Virus record (IMG/VR): IMGVR_UViG_3300034072_002211
Coordinates: 186,001 to 250,000 of that record
Length of the DNA stretch: 64,000 nt
Reading direction: 5' to 3' (one strand)
Shown here in pieces: positions 26,519 to 35,497 of the stretch. The number at the start of each line of letters is the position of its first letter. Position 1 is the stretch's first letter. The notes under the pieces were generated by a model. It had not been told where the DNA came from. It saw only the letters and a program-made list of their open reading frames with translations, and did not search any database. The position numbers and the translations under genes were made by a program.

Positions 26519-27040
26519 TCACCAGCTGAAGGCGCCGAAAATCGCCTGGGCGTTGAAGTTGATGTTCGAGCTCTGGAACGACGCAGCGTCGAAGTTGACC
26601 TCCGAGTCTGCCTCATAGTCGAGCGTGAACGAGTTGGTGAACTGGCTCTGGCCGAAGTTGACCACCTGCCCGGTCAGCGATCCGTTGCCCTGGACCGCCG
26701 CGTTCAGATCGGCGGTGTTGCCGCTGAGGCTGTAGGCGTTGCCTGCGATCTGGCCGGCCACCGAACCGGCGAGGCCGTCCATGTGGAACTGAGCCGCCGA
26801 CGCGCCGTTGCCGAGCGTCAGGTTGCCAACGAAGCCGCTGCCGGATTCTGCCGAAAGCGTGTTGTCGATGTTGATATCGATGCTCTGCGACTGCGACGTG
26901 TCGAAGGACGTGCTGGCACCCGACTGCAGATTGCCGTTGACATTGCCAGCGCCAATCACGCCACCGGCGCTCTGAGCTGAAGCCTGTCCCGCGACTGCAA
27001 GCGTCAGAGCCGCAGCGGCCCCCATCAACAGTTTCTTCAT
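26519..27040 (-). CDS. secreted Gly/Ser/Asn/Gln-rich beta-repeat protein
   Basis: signal peptide (AGQASA), curlin-like composition, followed by a hairpin at about 26487-26510. Confidence 0.75.
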   Translation of the reverse strand: MKKLLMGAAAALTLAVAGQASAQSAGGVIGAGNVNGNLQSGASTSFDTSQSQSIDINIDNTLSAESGSGFVGNLTLGNGASAAQFHMDGLAGSVAGQIAGNAYSLSGNTADLNAAVQGNGSLTGQVVNFGQSQFTNSFTLDYEADSEVNFDAASFQSSNINFNAQAIFGAFSW

Positions 27041-27070
27041 TGTCGATCTCCTCTATTGCCTAACAAGTCG

Positions 27071-27085
27071 TTAAGCAAGCGTTAA
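27071..27085 (-). promoter_or_regulatory. CtrA-binding box TTAA-N7-TTAAC
   Basis: minus strand TTAAcgcttgcTTAAC, just downstream of a TTGACA promoter of gene 26519..27040. Confidence 0.65.
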
Positions 27086-27251
27086 GCTGTAACGCCTTTG
27101 GGAGGATGTCAACAGGATTCGCAACTAAAACTTGAATTAATCGTTACATTATCTTTGCGGTCGCAGCAAAGGTGTAATAAAGTTGCTTTATCGCTCTTGC
27201 GTAATGGCTACCCTGTTAAGGAAGGTTAACAGTTCCTAATTTCACCAGCAT

Positions 27252-27530
27252 TTACGGCTTGGTGAGGAACTGGAGTATGATTTCGGCCTTTTCTTGCTCC
27301 TCAGGCTCAACATAGATAACGAATTCCGCCGATTCATCCGTTAGCAGGGCCTCGTCCCCCAGCAGAATTTCGAACATACCAGTCAGCCGTTCGTTGAACA
27401 CTTGAAGCAGCTGATAACGCAAAGCCTGCCAGCCGTCCGTGAACTTCAGCACGAACGTGAGCCGCTTGGCCGTAGCCATGAACTCGATAGGCGCGAGAGG
27501 ATCACGGCCGGGATAGAGAAGGTGGTCCAT
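27252..27530 (-). CDS. hypothetical protein
   Basis: operonic ORF. Confidence 0.65.
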   Translation of the reverse strand: MDHLLYPGRDPLAPIEFMATAKRLTFVLKFTDGWQALRYQLLQVFNERLTGMFEILLGDEALLTDESAEFVIYVEPEEQEKAEIILQFLTKP

Positions 27531-27724
27531 CAGTCGAATAGACAGCAGAAATCAAGGTCTCCGCCGGTCCAGACCAGTAGGCCGAGAACCACGCCGATGA
27601 TGGCCGGAAGCCAATACCAGAAGCTGGCAGTTCCAAGCGTGACGCTGGCGCTGATGCCGATAGCAATCAGCGAGATCATGATACCGACTACCATACAGAA
27701 TAGTCCGCCGAGAAACTGTCCCAT
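27530..27724 (-). CDS. two-TM membrane protein
   Basis: start MGQFLGG; hydrophobic. Confidence 0.65.
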   Translation of the reverse strand: MGQFLGGLFCMVVGIMISLIAIGISASVTLGTASFWYWLPAIIGVVLGLLVWTGGDLDFCCLFD

Positions 27725-27725
27725 G

Positions 27726-28505
27726 TTATGCCCTCTCGAATACGATATCAGTGCGGATGATGATCTTCTCCTTGTCCCACTCCTGAGAGCCCTGCTGGAA
27801 GGGCTCCCCATCGTGAAGCAGCCGATGGTCGAACAATAGCGCATGACCAGCGCGTGGCTTGTTGGCGAAGATGACTTCGTCATCGTGACCTGCTCGGTCC
27901 CAATCACTGAAGTCCATTTCGTCCATACGCTTGCCGACTTGTGGATCCCTGAGGAAGCGTGTGGCCCCATACTCGTTGGTCGTCAGGTAGATGACCAGGC
28001 TCATGAGGGTCCGCTGGGTCTCTGTCTTGGCATAGGTGCCATCATAGTGGGCGACCAGCTGTCCGCCATCCTCATAGCGGATAAAGCGCATCAGCGGATT
28101 GACGCCAATAGGCCGCCAGAGGCTGTGGTTGTCGTGGTCCGTGGGCGTGAATGGGTCACAGACTCGCACGTCGGGAAGGAAGGGCTTGAGGCGCCGCCAG
28201 AGGACGTCTGCGAAGGCTTCGTTGAAATTGCTCAGACGGAAGTTGCCGATCTGCTCATAGGGCTTGTTCGCGTAACCGTCCAGTCCTACCGCCTGCCATG
28301 CGTTGCGACGGAGCCCGTCGAGCAGAACGCTGACGATGCTCGGTGGGAGCAAGTTGCTCGCTGTGAAAGCCTTGGCACCATTCTCGAGGTCATGAGCCTT
28401 GTACGACCACACGGGATCGCAGAGGTAGTCGCCGCCGAAATACCCAGCAGAGATAATCTTGTTGGCGTAGTCCGAATAGTCGAAAGAGTTGACGAATCCG
28501 CTCAT
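27726..28505 (-). CDS. 2OG-Fe(II) oxygenase (prolyl-4-hydroxylase-like)
   Basis: RFIRY..G...AHYDG (HxD), distal LLHDG His, IIRTD Arg. Confidence 0.85.
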   Translation of the reverse strand: MSGFVNSFDYSDYANKIISAGYFGGDYLCDPVWSYKAHDLENGAKAFTASNLLPPSIVSVLLDGLRRNAWQAVGLDGYANKPYEQIGNFRLSNFNEAFADVLWRRLKPFLPDVRVCDPFTPTDHDNHSLWRPIGVNPLMRFIRYEDGGQLVAHYDGTYAKTETQRTLMSLVIYLTTNEYGATRFLRDPQVGKRMDEMDFSDWDRAGHDDEVIFANKPRAGHALLFDHRLLHDGEPFQQGSQEWDKEKIIIRTDIVFERA

Positions 28506-29500
28506 GCTGCCCTCCAGGCCGGGTTATCCCAACCACCCTTAACACCAGCTTGCATGACGTCAAGATGGACAGCGGGCGACCGCCCCAGATACTTGTGCGC
28601 GTTGTAGCGATGCATCCGCTCCAAGTTGCCCACGTATTCGTCATATTGACGATAGTCATCCTCGCTGCCCTTTTCGTCGAGGATTTGATCGACCATGATG
28701 CGGGCATTGGTATGCCACTTCATGTGCGTGAACAACTCCACGAAATCGTAGGGCGCACCGAAGACGACCTCATCCGTGGTCGCGTCGAACATATCACCCG
28801 TGGGCGCACGTTCCAGCACCTCGCGCGGCACGCCGAGGAACTCGCCGATCGCATAGACCTCGGACTTGAACATATCGCTGATCAGCTGGAGATCGACCAT
28901 ACCGTCGCTGGCCTTGCCGAAATAACCCAGGTAACCACCCTCGCTGAGGTTGGTCGTGCCGATGACCAGGCCGGGCTGACCCTGACCGGCCAGGACGCTG
29001 GTGATGTAATAATAGGTCGGAGTGCGGGCGTAGCTGGTGACCTGTCCGCGGCACCAGTAATACTTCTCCTCGACCGCCGATCCCAGCACGGCCTCCACGC
29101 TGTTGATGATTGCCTCGCTGATCGGGGAGATGTCGATCTCCAGCGGGTTGACTGCGAATGCCTCGCAGACTTGCTTGGCCAGATTGGCCGCCTTGGTCTG
29201 CCCCGTTACGCCGAGGTTGGTGTGATCAGGCATGGTGACTGCCACGATACGCTCGATAGGCGAACCCGGTTCCTGCTGAGCCCGTGCGACCAGACCGAGA
29301 ACCACAGCACTGTCGATGCCGCCGGAAACCGCGACCACTGCGCTCTTGAGCCCGCTCTGTCTGTAATAGTCGTTGAGCAGCTTGACCTTGGCCTCAACGA
29401 CTCGCTCTACGTTGAAGCCTCGCTGAAGCCGACACATCTCAAGGGCCTCCTTGAGTGGCTGAGACATCTGCATGTTCGTTGCGTGATTACGAATTTCCAT
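28502..29500 (-). CDS. nadE: NH3-dependent NAD+ synthetase
   Basis: VAVSGGIDSAVV PP-loop, GTTNLSEG..GYFGK.SDG, DMFKSEVY..GEFLGVP...L.RAPT. Confidence 0.9.
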   Translation of the reverse strand: MEIRNHATNMQMSQPLKEALEMCRLQRGFNVERVVEAKVKLLNDYYRQSGLKSAVVAVSGGIDSAVVLGLVARAQQEPGSPIERIVAVTMPDHTNLGVTGQTKAANLAKQVCEAFAVNPLEIDISPISEAIINSVEAVLGSAVEEKYYWCRGQVTSYARTPTYYYITSVLAGQGQPGLVIGTTNLSEGGYLGYFGKASDGMVDLQLISDMFKSEVYAIGEFLGVPREVLERAPTGDMFDATTDEVVFGAPYDFVELFTHMKWHTNARIMVDQILDEKGSEDDYRQYDEYVGNLERMHRYNAHKYLGRSPAVHLDVMQAGVKGGWDNPAWRAA

Positions 29501-29511
29501 GTTGCTATTCC

Positions 29512-29718
29512 TTAGCAGGTGGACTGGAGGACGACCGAACCATCTGCCCGTTCGCAAAGGACGACGCTGACCATGTGAGCCTGGCTCTTGCGCGGCTTGA
29601 AATGCTCGGTAGCCTTGACCTTGGCCTGGTAAAGCGATGAAGCGTAGAGCTCAATCTGCTTGCCGTTGAAAAAACCCATGTAACCGCAGTCGCCGGGGGT
29701 CTTTTCGTTAATTGTCAT
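29512..29718 (-). CDS. small phage protein
   Basis: AGGAGATCG RBS and promoter element. Confidence 0.75.
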   Translation of the reverse strand: MTINEKTPGDCGYMGFFNGKQIELYASSLYQAKVKATEHFKPRKSQAHMVSVVLCERADGSVVLQSTC

Positions 29719-29798
29719 GTCCGATCTCCTTTGTGCCTATGTCCTGGTTGTAACACCTAACTTGTGGGCGTCAACCAGTTTGGAACACAGGATTCAGA

Positions 29799-30569
29799 TT
29801 AGCGGCTCAGCTTCATGAGCATTGCGGTGTCTCGGAGGCTGTTGGGCATCCGCATGATCTTCTTGGTTGCGTTGTTCTCAAGCGGGATGCGGTCCCGCTC
29901 ACCGGTGTCCACGCTCTCGATGACCACGCGGCGTTCGTCCGCAAAGCCCTTGACCATACAGATGTCCAGCCCTGCCCCATAGTTCAGGGCCACCACGACC
30001 AGATCACCGATTGTGACTTCCTGATCCAAACGGTCGGTGAAAGTCAGCGGACGCTTCGCTTCATTGATCTGGAAGACACGATCGCCCTGATAGTCGAGCA
30101 GAACGCTCAGATTGTTGTCCACCTCATTGCCGAAGAACTCAGGGTAGATGGTGGCTTCCTTAAACACGATCGGCTTGGTCCCGCTCAGGGTATAAATCCA
30201 TGCTGCTCGTTTGGACCATGCCCAGCCCTTGTTCTTGTCAAAGTCCTTGACGAAGAAGCTCAGGGGAGTGCCACCGCCCTTGGTCAGACGCACATCGTTC
30301 TTGGGCTCGACCGTTGCCGCGAAGCTTGGACCATAGTCACCAAAGTTGGAACGCGGACCCTCTACCATTGCGGGAAAGATGCTGCCGCGGAAGATGCCGT
30401 TGTTGATCTTGATCCAGACCTCGCCCTTGAGAGTAGCCAGGCGATCCAGCAAAGCATCACGCTCTGCGATCTGCTTGACTTCCTTGGCTGTGAGGTTCTG
30501 AGTGGGCACGAAGTTAGAACTCACATGCCACCAGTGATCCATGTTGGTCTGGCGACGAAGCTCAATCAT
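29799..30569 (-). CDS. hypothetical protein, paralogue of 2621..3319
   Basis: DRLDQEVTIGDLVVV...VIESVD...AMLMKL. Confidence 0.8.
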   Translation of the reverse strand: MIELRRQTNMDHWWHVSSNFVPTQNLTAKEVKQIAERDALLDRLATLKGEVWIKINNGIFRGSIFPAMVEGPRSNFGDYGPSFAATVEPKNDVRLTKGGGTPLSFFVKDFDKNKGWAWSKRAAWIYTLSGTKPIVFKEATIYPEFFGNEVDNNLSVLLDYQGDRVFQINEAKRPLTFTDRLDQEVTIGDLVVVALNYGAGLDICMVKGFADERRVVIESVDTGERDRIPLENNATKKIMRMPNSLRDTAMLMKLSR

Positions 30570-30874
30570 ACAAAGAACTCCACATTGGGATACATAGCCC
30601 GACGATACGCGATTGCCTCGCCGTTGAGCCAGGGTGCGTGACTGGTCAACGCGGGAGCCAAATCAGGTCTCCTAAACGCCCGAGCCCAGCTGTATTGGAC
30701 GTGGGGTTGATCTTCATAGAAGGCGATAAAGCGGCGATCACGCACCTGCTTCGAAAACGATTTGGACCAGCTCTTCCTCGCATGGAGGATCACCAGCGGG
30801 TGAACGTGTGGACTGGCATTCCGGCGCATCGCTGCGACCAGTCCCAAGCTTTGCCCTCTTAGCTGTTTCCTCAT
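30566..30874 (-). CDS. basic hypothetical protein
   Basis: ATGA-coupled to downstream gene; overlaps 30738. Confidence 0.55.
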   Translation of the reverse strand: MRKQLRGQSLGLVAAMRRNASPHVHPLVILHARKSWSKSFSKQVRDRRFIAFYEDQPHVQYSWARAFRRPDLAPALTSHAPWLNGEAIAYRRAMYPNVEFFV

Positions 30875-31214
30875 TGAACTTCCGTAGCATCACTGAGTCC
30901 TGTGTCAAACCCAGATAGTTGCGAATTGATTGGTTCCCGGCCAGAGCCTTCTCCAACTTGCTTGTGGGAAGACAGCTCAGGAACCCGTTGACTTTGGAGC
31001 AATATAGGGCGAGGATCTTTGCGTTCTTCCAGCGCACGATCCACCATGTCTTGGTATTGGATTTGCGGCCCACATAGTTGCTCTTGTGGCCGTTCTTTAT
31101 CTGATCACGCAGGGCTAGCCACTCATGGTGTTCCATATTGTGGATGCCATATCGTTCACCCAAGCGAGCGCGGAAGTGTCTCCAAGCGCCGCGCTGGGTT
31201 TTCTGAAAGTTCAT
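30738..31214 (-). CDS. hypothetical protein
   Basis: 158 aa, lower GC. Confidence 0.6.
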   Translation of the reverse strand: MNFQKTQRGAWRHFRARLGERYGIHNMEHHEWLALRDQIKNGHKSNYVGRKSNTKTWWIVRWKNAKILALYCSKVNGFLSCLPTSKLEKALAGNQSIRNYLGLTQDSVMLRKFNEETAKRAKLGTGRSDAPECQSTRSPAGDPPCEEELVQIVFEAGA

Positions 31215-31339
31215 TCCTTAGCTCTGGTATAACGATATCGCGGATCGCTATAAAGCCAAATGCCAAAGTGAGCAATGTGCCGACCATGTTTCACCCCAGA
31301 AAAGTGACAGAACAGGTGTCTTTCCAGTAAACTGACATC

Positions 31340-31900
31340 ATGGCCAACTGGGAATATATTCTGTTCGATCTGGAGTGTAATGGGTTCAAACCTGACAAGA
31401 TCTGGGTGATCTCGATGGTTGATCTCATTTCACGCGAGAAGGCAAGCTTCGTCGGTGCTGAGGCCATAGCAGAAGCCATCCTGCGACTGCAAGACGCAAA
31501 GCTGCTCGTGGGTCACAATATCAAGACCTTTGATATCAGGGTGATTGAGAAGATCATGGAGGGTGCCGTGACGTTCGATCGCAATCGTGTCCTTGATACT
31601 CTCCACATGAGCAAGGCGCTTGTGAAGATGGACAATCACAAGCTTGAGGGCTGGGGTGAACTGCTGGGCAAACCCAAGCTGGACACACCATTCAGCTTCT
31701 ACAGGTATGACCCCAGGATGGTTCCCTACTGTGAGCGGGACGTGGAACTCAACTTGGATGTGTTCTTGGCTCTCTGGAGCATCATGGAGCAACGCCACGG
31801 AGAGAAGATTCCTCCCAAGTGGCAGATGCTCACTGAGTATAGGCAAAGCCTGCCTAGCGCGACACCAAGCCCAGACCTCCCTGGATCCGGCCATCTTTGA
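31340..31900 (+). CDS. stand-alone PolA/T7-type 3'-5' exonuclease (DEDD)
   Basis: FDLECNG (ExoI), VGHNIKTFD (ExoII), DTL, YCERDV (ExoIII). Confidence 0.85.
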   Translation: MANWEYILFDLECNGFKPDKIWVISMVDLISREKASFVGAEAIAEAILRLQDAKLLVGHNIKTFDIRVIEKIMEGAVTFDRNRVLDTLHMSKALVKMDNHKLEGWGELLGKPKLDTPFSFYRYDPRMVPYCERDVELNLDVFLALWSIMEQRHGEKIPPKWQMLTEYRQSLPSATPSPDLPGSGHL

Positions 31901-32252
31901 TGTTGAGGTCCTGGAGGCGCGCATTGCGCCATTTGTTCGCCTGGTAAGCGCCATCGCATACTTGTAGAACCAGACACCAACCAAATAGTTTACGGCGGGG
32001 TTTGAAGCAAGTCGGCAGGGCATCACTGTCACGAGGACTGATAAGGCTCTGAAGACTCATATTGGTCAGATCCTGTAGTGTGACATCACACCATTCAGAG
32101 CCTTTGAACACCCACCGAGGACTCACGTATCCTTTTACTACTTCAATCCGCATTTCCATTTGCAGGACGATCAACGGATCTCGGAACAGACGACCCTGCA
32201 GTCTGAAACGAAACTGATCCGTTCGAATACGGCGGATATCGCCCTCTTGCAT
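31854..32252 (-). CDS. hypothetical protein
   Basis: TAATG coupling with upstream gene. Confidence 0.55.
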   Translation of the reverse strand: MQEGDIRRIRTDQFRFRLQGRLFRDPLIVLQMEMRIEVVKGYVSPRWVFKGSEWCDVTLQDLTNMSLQSLISPRDSDALPTCFKPRRKLFGWCLVLQVCDGAYQANKWRNARLQDLNIKDGRIQGGLGLVSR

Positions 32253-32797
32253 TAGGGAATAATCTCCACAAAGGCCCGCTTCTTCTTGGGACCCAGTTCG
32301 TGACGGCCGAGCTCAAGAGGCTTGTCCCAGCCGTTCTTACGTGCTTGGCTCACGCTGGGGAAGAAGCCCAGATCCACCATCAGGTGGGCCATGAGGGGCT
32401 TGTTCTCGGCTTCCATTTCAGACTTGCTGATCTTCTGCGCGGGCTTTTGTGGATTGCCGTCGGGACCAATGTCCCACCAGCCCATAGCAGCGCCACGCTG
32501 GATACCTTCCTCATTGCGCCGCTTCAGATCCTCGAGGAACTCTGCCTTGGTCTGTCCACCCCAGAACTCCAGGTCATCGTCACGAACAATCGTGAACTCA
32601 TGATCACCGAAGAAGAATGTGCCACGAAAGCCTTCGCCGGGCATGGGAACGTCCACCCCATGAGTTTCGTGGATCTGATGGATCTTGGTCTCGATGAGGT
32701 TGCCCATCCACCAGATCTCTTCCTCTTCCTCGCGAACCGTCTGAATGGTCTGGAAGCCGGGGCCTATGAAACGGCCAGTTGGGAAAAGAACTTTCAT
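32252..32797 (-). CDS. hypothetical protein with S4-like C-terminus
   Basis: LMVDLGFFPSVSQARKNG resembles the TyrRS/S4 motif. Confidence 0.65.
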   Translation of the reverse strand: MKVLFPTGRFIGPGFQTIQTVREEEEEIWWMGNLIETKIHQIHETHGVDVPMPGEGFRGTFFFGDHEFTIVRDDDLEFWGGQTKAEFLEDLKRRNEEGIQRGAAMGWWDIGPDGNPQKPAQKISKSEMEAENKPLMAHLMVDLGFFPSVSQARKNGWDKPLELGRHELGPKKKRAFVEIIP

Positions 32798-32829
32798 GTC
32801 ACCGCTCCTAAGCGAGGACTGGTGAGTTG

Positions 32830-33222
32830 TCAACCAGAAACTTCATCGCTCACCATAAGTTCCATCAGCTTGGTGCGCTCCTCGGCGGACATCGTGTTGT
32901 CACGGACCAACTTGGTCATCCGATCCCAGATGTCGCGCTGGACTGCCGAGACGCCGTTGACGAACCGACCCTTGTCATCGTGGATGATGGTCTTCCACCA
33001 CAGGTAGTCGGTCACGGTGAGCTCAAGCCGATAACCGTCGGCGAGCTTGCCCTTGATCAGCGTGGGCACCTCGATGGAACCAAACTCTTTGGCCGTCTCA
33101 TCGTCGATGATCTTGACAAGAGCCTGGTAGAACTGAAGGAAGACATCATGCTCCCGTGCTTCGCGTTCACGCGAGCCGGTGATGATGGAAGTAAGCGTCT
33201 CGAATGCGCGGAAAGAAATCAT
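32830..33222 (-). CDS. hypothetical phage protein
   Basis: AAGGAG RBS. Confidence 0.75.
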   Translation of the reverse strand: MISFRAFETLTSIITGSREREAREHDVFLQFYQALVKIIDDETAKEFGSIEVPTLIKGKLADGYRLELTVTDYLWWKTIIHDDKGRFVNGVSAVQRDIWDRMTKLVRDNTMSAEERTKLMELMVSDEVSG

Positions 33223-33267
33223 GGTTTGCTCCTTTGAGCCACCATATATGCGGTGATTGGTGAGAGA

Positions 33268-33561
33268 TCAACTCTCCAGGCTGCGGCGAATGATGTTCTT
33301 GCCGGCCTGGCGCTGCTTGCGCTGGGGTTCCTTGACCTGGCTCTTGCGGTAGATATAATCGTGACCGTTGAGCTTGAAGCCGCCCTCGTTGTCGATGGTC
33401 GCAGTCTGGCACTTGTCCATCTGGATGGCACCGTCCTGACCGCGGAGGATCGCGTCGTCCTTGCGACCGCGCCAGGCCCAAAGACCGGCCGCATCGCGCT
33501 GACGGTTGCGGTGAATGGCCTTGATGAGACCAGCGTCACGGTTGCGGTAGGTGCGAGCCAT
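33268..33561 (-). CDS. basic hypothetical protein
   Basis: AGGAGATCG RBS. Confidence 0.75.
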   Translation of the reverse strand: MARTYRNRDAGLIKAIHRNRQRDAAGLWAWRGRKDDAILRGQDGAIQMDKCQTATIDNEGGFKLNGHDYIYRKSQVKEPQRKQRQAGKNIIRRSLES

Positions 33562-33678
33562 CGTCGATCTCCTAAAAGAGGTTGGGGAATGGCGGATGCT
33601 TAACTCAGCTCTTCGAGCCTATTTCAACACCCGGGCTCCACGCCCCGTATCACCTAATTAGCAGAACTGGTGACTCTG

Positions 33679-34185
33679 TCAACCAGAAAGTTTGTCCAGT
33701 TTGTCACAAAGTGTCTGGAAACGTTCTGAGGTCAATTCCCACTCTTCCCCGGTGGGCTTCAGAGATAGAACGGTGCGGACCGCGTGTTCGCGTTCTTCAT
33801 CCACGATAGCGCCGCGCTTCTCTTGGATGATGCGCGATGTCTCGTTCTTCTTGTTATAACCGCTGCGAAGCTCGTCATAGAGCCCCTCGCCTCGCCAGAG
33901 GTTGATCATCTCGCGCATCAGCGTCTGATAGATTCCAAGGCGCCGCCAAGACGGAAGCGTATAGGCTCCTGTGATGTAGACTTTTCGATGGGCTTCGATA
34001 GGTGCGAAGATCACCATAGAAATCGGTTGGCCATTATAATAGATGGCTGCGAAATGGTATAGTTCGGTGTTGGGCCAGTTGCTGGCCATTCCCCGCCGTG
34101 CCATTTCATTCTTATACCAGAGGTTCATCTCCGCGATCTCGGGAGCATTGCCTATCTGGCTCATTCGGAACATGATTTCACCCAT
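33679..34185 (-). CDS. GNAT-family acetyltransferase
   Basis: GAYTLPSWRRLGIYQTL motif A; N..S. Confidence 0.8.
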   Translation of the reverse strand: MGEIMFRMSQIGNAPEIAEMNLWYKNEMARRGMASNWPNTELYHFAAIYYNGQPISMVIFAPIEAHRKVYITGAYTLPSWRRLGIYQTLMREMINLWRGEGLYDELRSGYNKKNETSRIIQEKRGAIVDEEREHAVRTVLSLKPTGEEWELTSERFQTLCDKLDKLSG

Positions 34186-34223
34186 GTGCCTACTCTAACA
34201 TAGACACATGGGAGGTCAACACC

Positions 34224-34316
34224 TTACTTGAGTTTGCTGAGTAGGTCCAGCATGTCCGAGGGGATGGTTTCCTGGACCCGGAAGCGAGACTGAAGGGTTT
34301 CACCGATCATGGCCAT
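34224..34316 (-). CDS. NepR-like anti-sigma factor mimic (30 aa, not in ORF track)
   Basis: MAMIGETLQSRFRVQETIPSDMLDLLSKLK; GAGGAG RBS; matches IG..L...Y/F...E.IP..M.DLL.KL. Confidence 0.7.
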   Translation of the reverse strand: MAMIGETLQSRFRVQETIPSDMLDLLSKLK

Positions 34317-34357
34317 TTGCTGCTCCTCTTTTGTCTTTGGAGCCAGTTTAACGCACC

Positions 34358-34735
34358 TCATATGGAATCGTTGCGAGTTTTCACCACAAACCTCTCCGGC
34401 TCTGAATCTCCCAACTTGACCAGCGCCGCTATGTCAGATGGGACGATCACATAAAACTCAACACGTCGGAGCGAATCATCGTCCGATCCTGCCACCCTCA
34501 TCATAGGACCAACCGGTCTCCATTCAAAGCCCAGAATGGCATTGTGCTTAAGGAATTCTCCTAACCTAAGTAAGGCAATTCCCGTGGCTCCTCCCTCAAC
34601 GAGCCAGCGCAAATGCCGGTGCTCTGTCTCCCAGTCGCTCGTGTCCGTGTAGATGCCGCTGTAACACACTGTAGTCGCACACAAGTGGACCCGCGTGTGA
34701 CCCTCTGAGAGCTCTGCCAGGGTGCTCATATCCAC
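34358..34735 (-). CDS. hypothetical protein
   Basis: operonic ORF. Confidence 0.6.
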   Translation of the reverse strand: MDMSTLAELSEGHTRVHLCATTVCYSGIYTDTSDWETEHRHLRWLVEGGATGIALLRLGEFLKHNAILGFEWRPVGPMMRVAGSDDDSLRRVEFYVIVPSDIAALVKLGDSEPERFVVKTRNDSI

Positions 34736-35094
34736 GGACGCAGACCCTTGAGGATCTCTTCGCGTTCGTTGACGTCAATGGGCCCAATGCCAAGAGCCGT
34801 GATCATAGGACGCGGGAACACGGTCTTGCCTGCATCCTTGATCAGAGCCGTGCCGCACTTTCCCTTGTAGAGACGGCTCAGCTGATGGAGCGTCTCCTCG
34901 CTGGCGTGTAGGCAAACCTTGCCCACGATACCAGTGTCGCGATAGGCTTTGACCTGCTCTGGATGGTTGTCCATTGCGTCGAAGATAGCCTCGGTGAATG
35001 CGTGACCGATCTGGGCACCCATCTTTCCGCGGTTACCGCCTGCGGCTTTCACTGCTTCGTCGCTCACGATACAGTAGAGTTTGATATCAGGCAC
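34726..35094 (-). CDS. pth2: peptidyl-tRNA hydrolase type 2
   Basis: GKMGAQIGHA, KVCL, IKDAGKTVF, TALGIGP. Confidence 0.9.
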   Translation of the reverse strand: MPDIKLYCIVSDEAVKAAGGNRGKMGAQIGHAFTEAIFDAMDNHPEQVKAYRDTGIVGKVCLHASEETLHQLSRLYKGKCGTALIKDAGKTVFPRPMITALGIGPIDVNEREEILKGLRPWI

Positions 35095-35467
35095 TGTTCA
35101 GTCTTTCCCACATGAGTTCTTGTTTAATACGAGGATTCTTTGCTCCATAGTAGGCAACGCCTGCCCTAAAGAGCTTGATTTCCAATGCATGCCTGGGTTC
35201 TGGATCAAAAGGCCTCATGCCTTTGTCGCAGGCTTGCTTGTAGATCTTTGCTAAGTTCCAGAGTTGTCGCATATTGATTCTCTGGTAGATTTTGAGGACT
35301 TCAAGCGAAGAGGATAATCGCACCACATCACCCAACTGTAGGGCGGTGTTCACCGCAAGCTTTTGCTTGGTGACTAGATGATTCTTAAGGGCGAGGAAAT
35401 GGACCGCTGCTTCGGCTCGCAGGTCCTTGATCTTTTTAGATCGCTGGTGGGTTTCCTCGAATGTCAC
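35087..35467 (-). CDS. hypothetical protein
   Basis: 126 aa, lower GC, GAGGAG RBS. Confidence 0.6.
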   Translation of the reverse strand: MTFEETHQRSKKIKDLRAEAAVHFLALKNHLVTKQKLAVNTALQLGDVVRLSSSLEVLKIYQRINMRQLWNLAKIYKQACDKGMRPFDPEPRHALEIKLFRAGVAYYGAKNPRIKQELMWERLNSA

Positions 35468-35497
35468 TCCTCAGAGTAACAGGAGGTTGATCCTAGA

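Noticed and set aside
27216-27229. TTAA-N6-TTAA (and TTAA-N5-TTAA at 12965) as CtrA boxes
   Set aside because: Spacing is not 7; at most half-sites or another regulator's palindrome.
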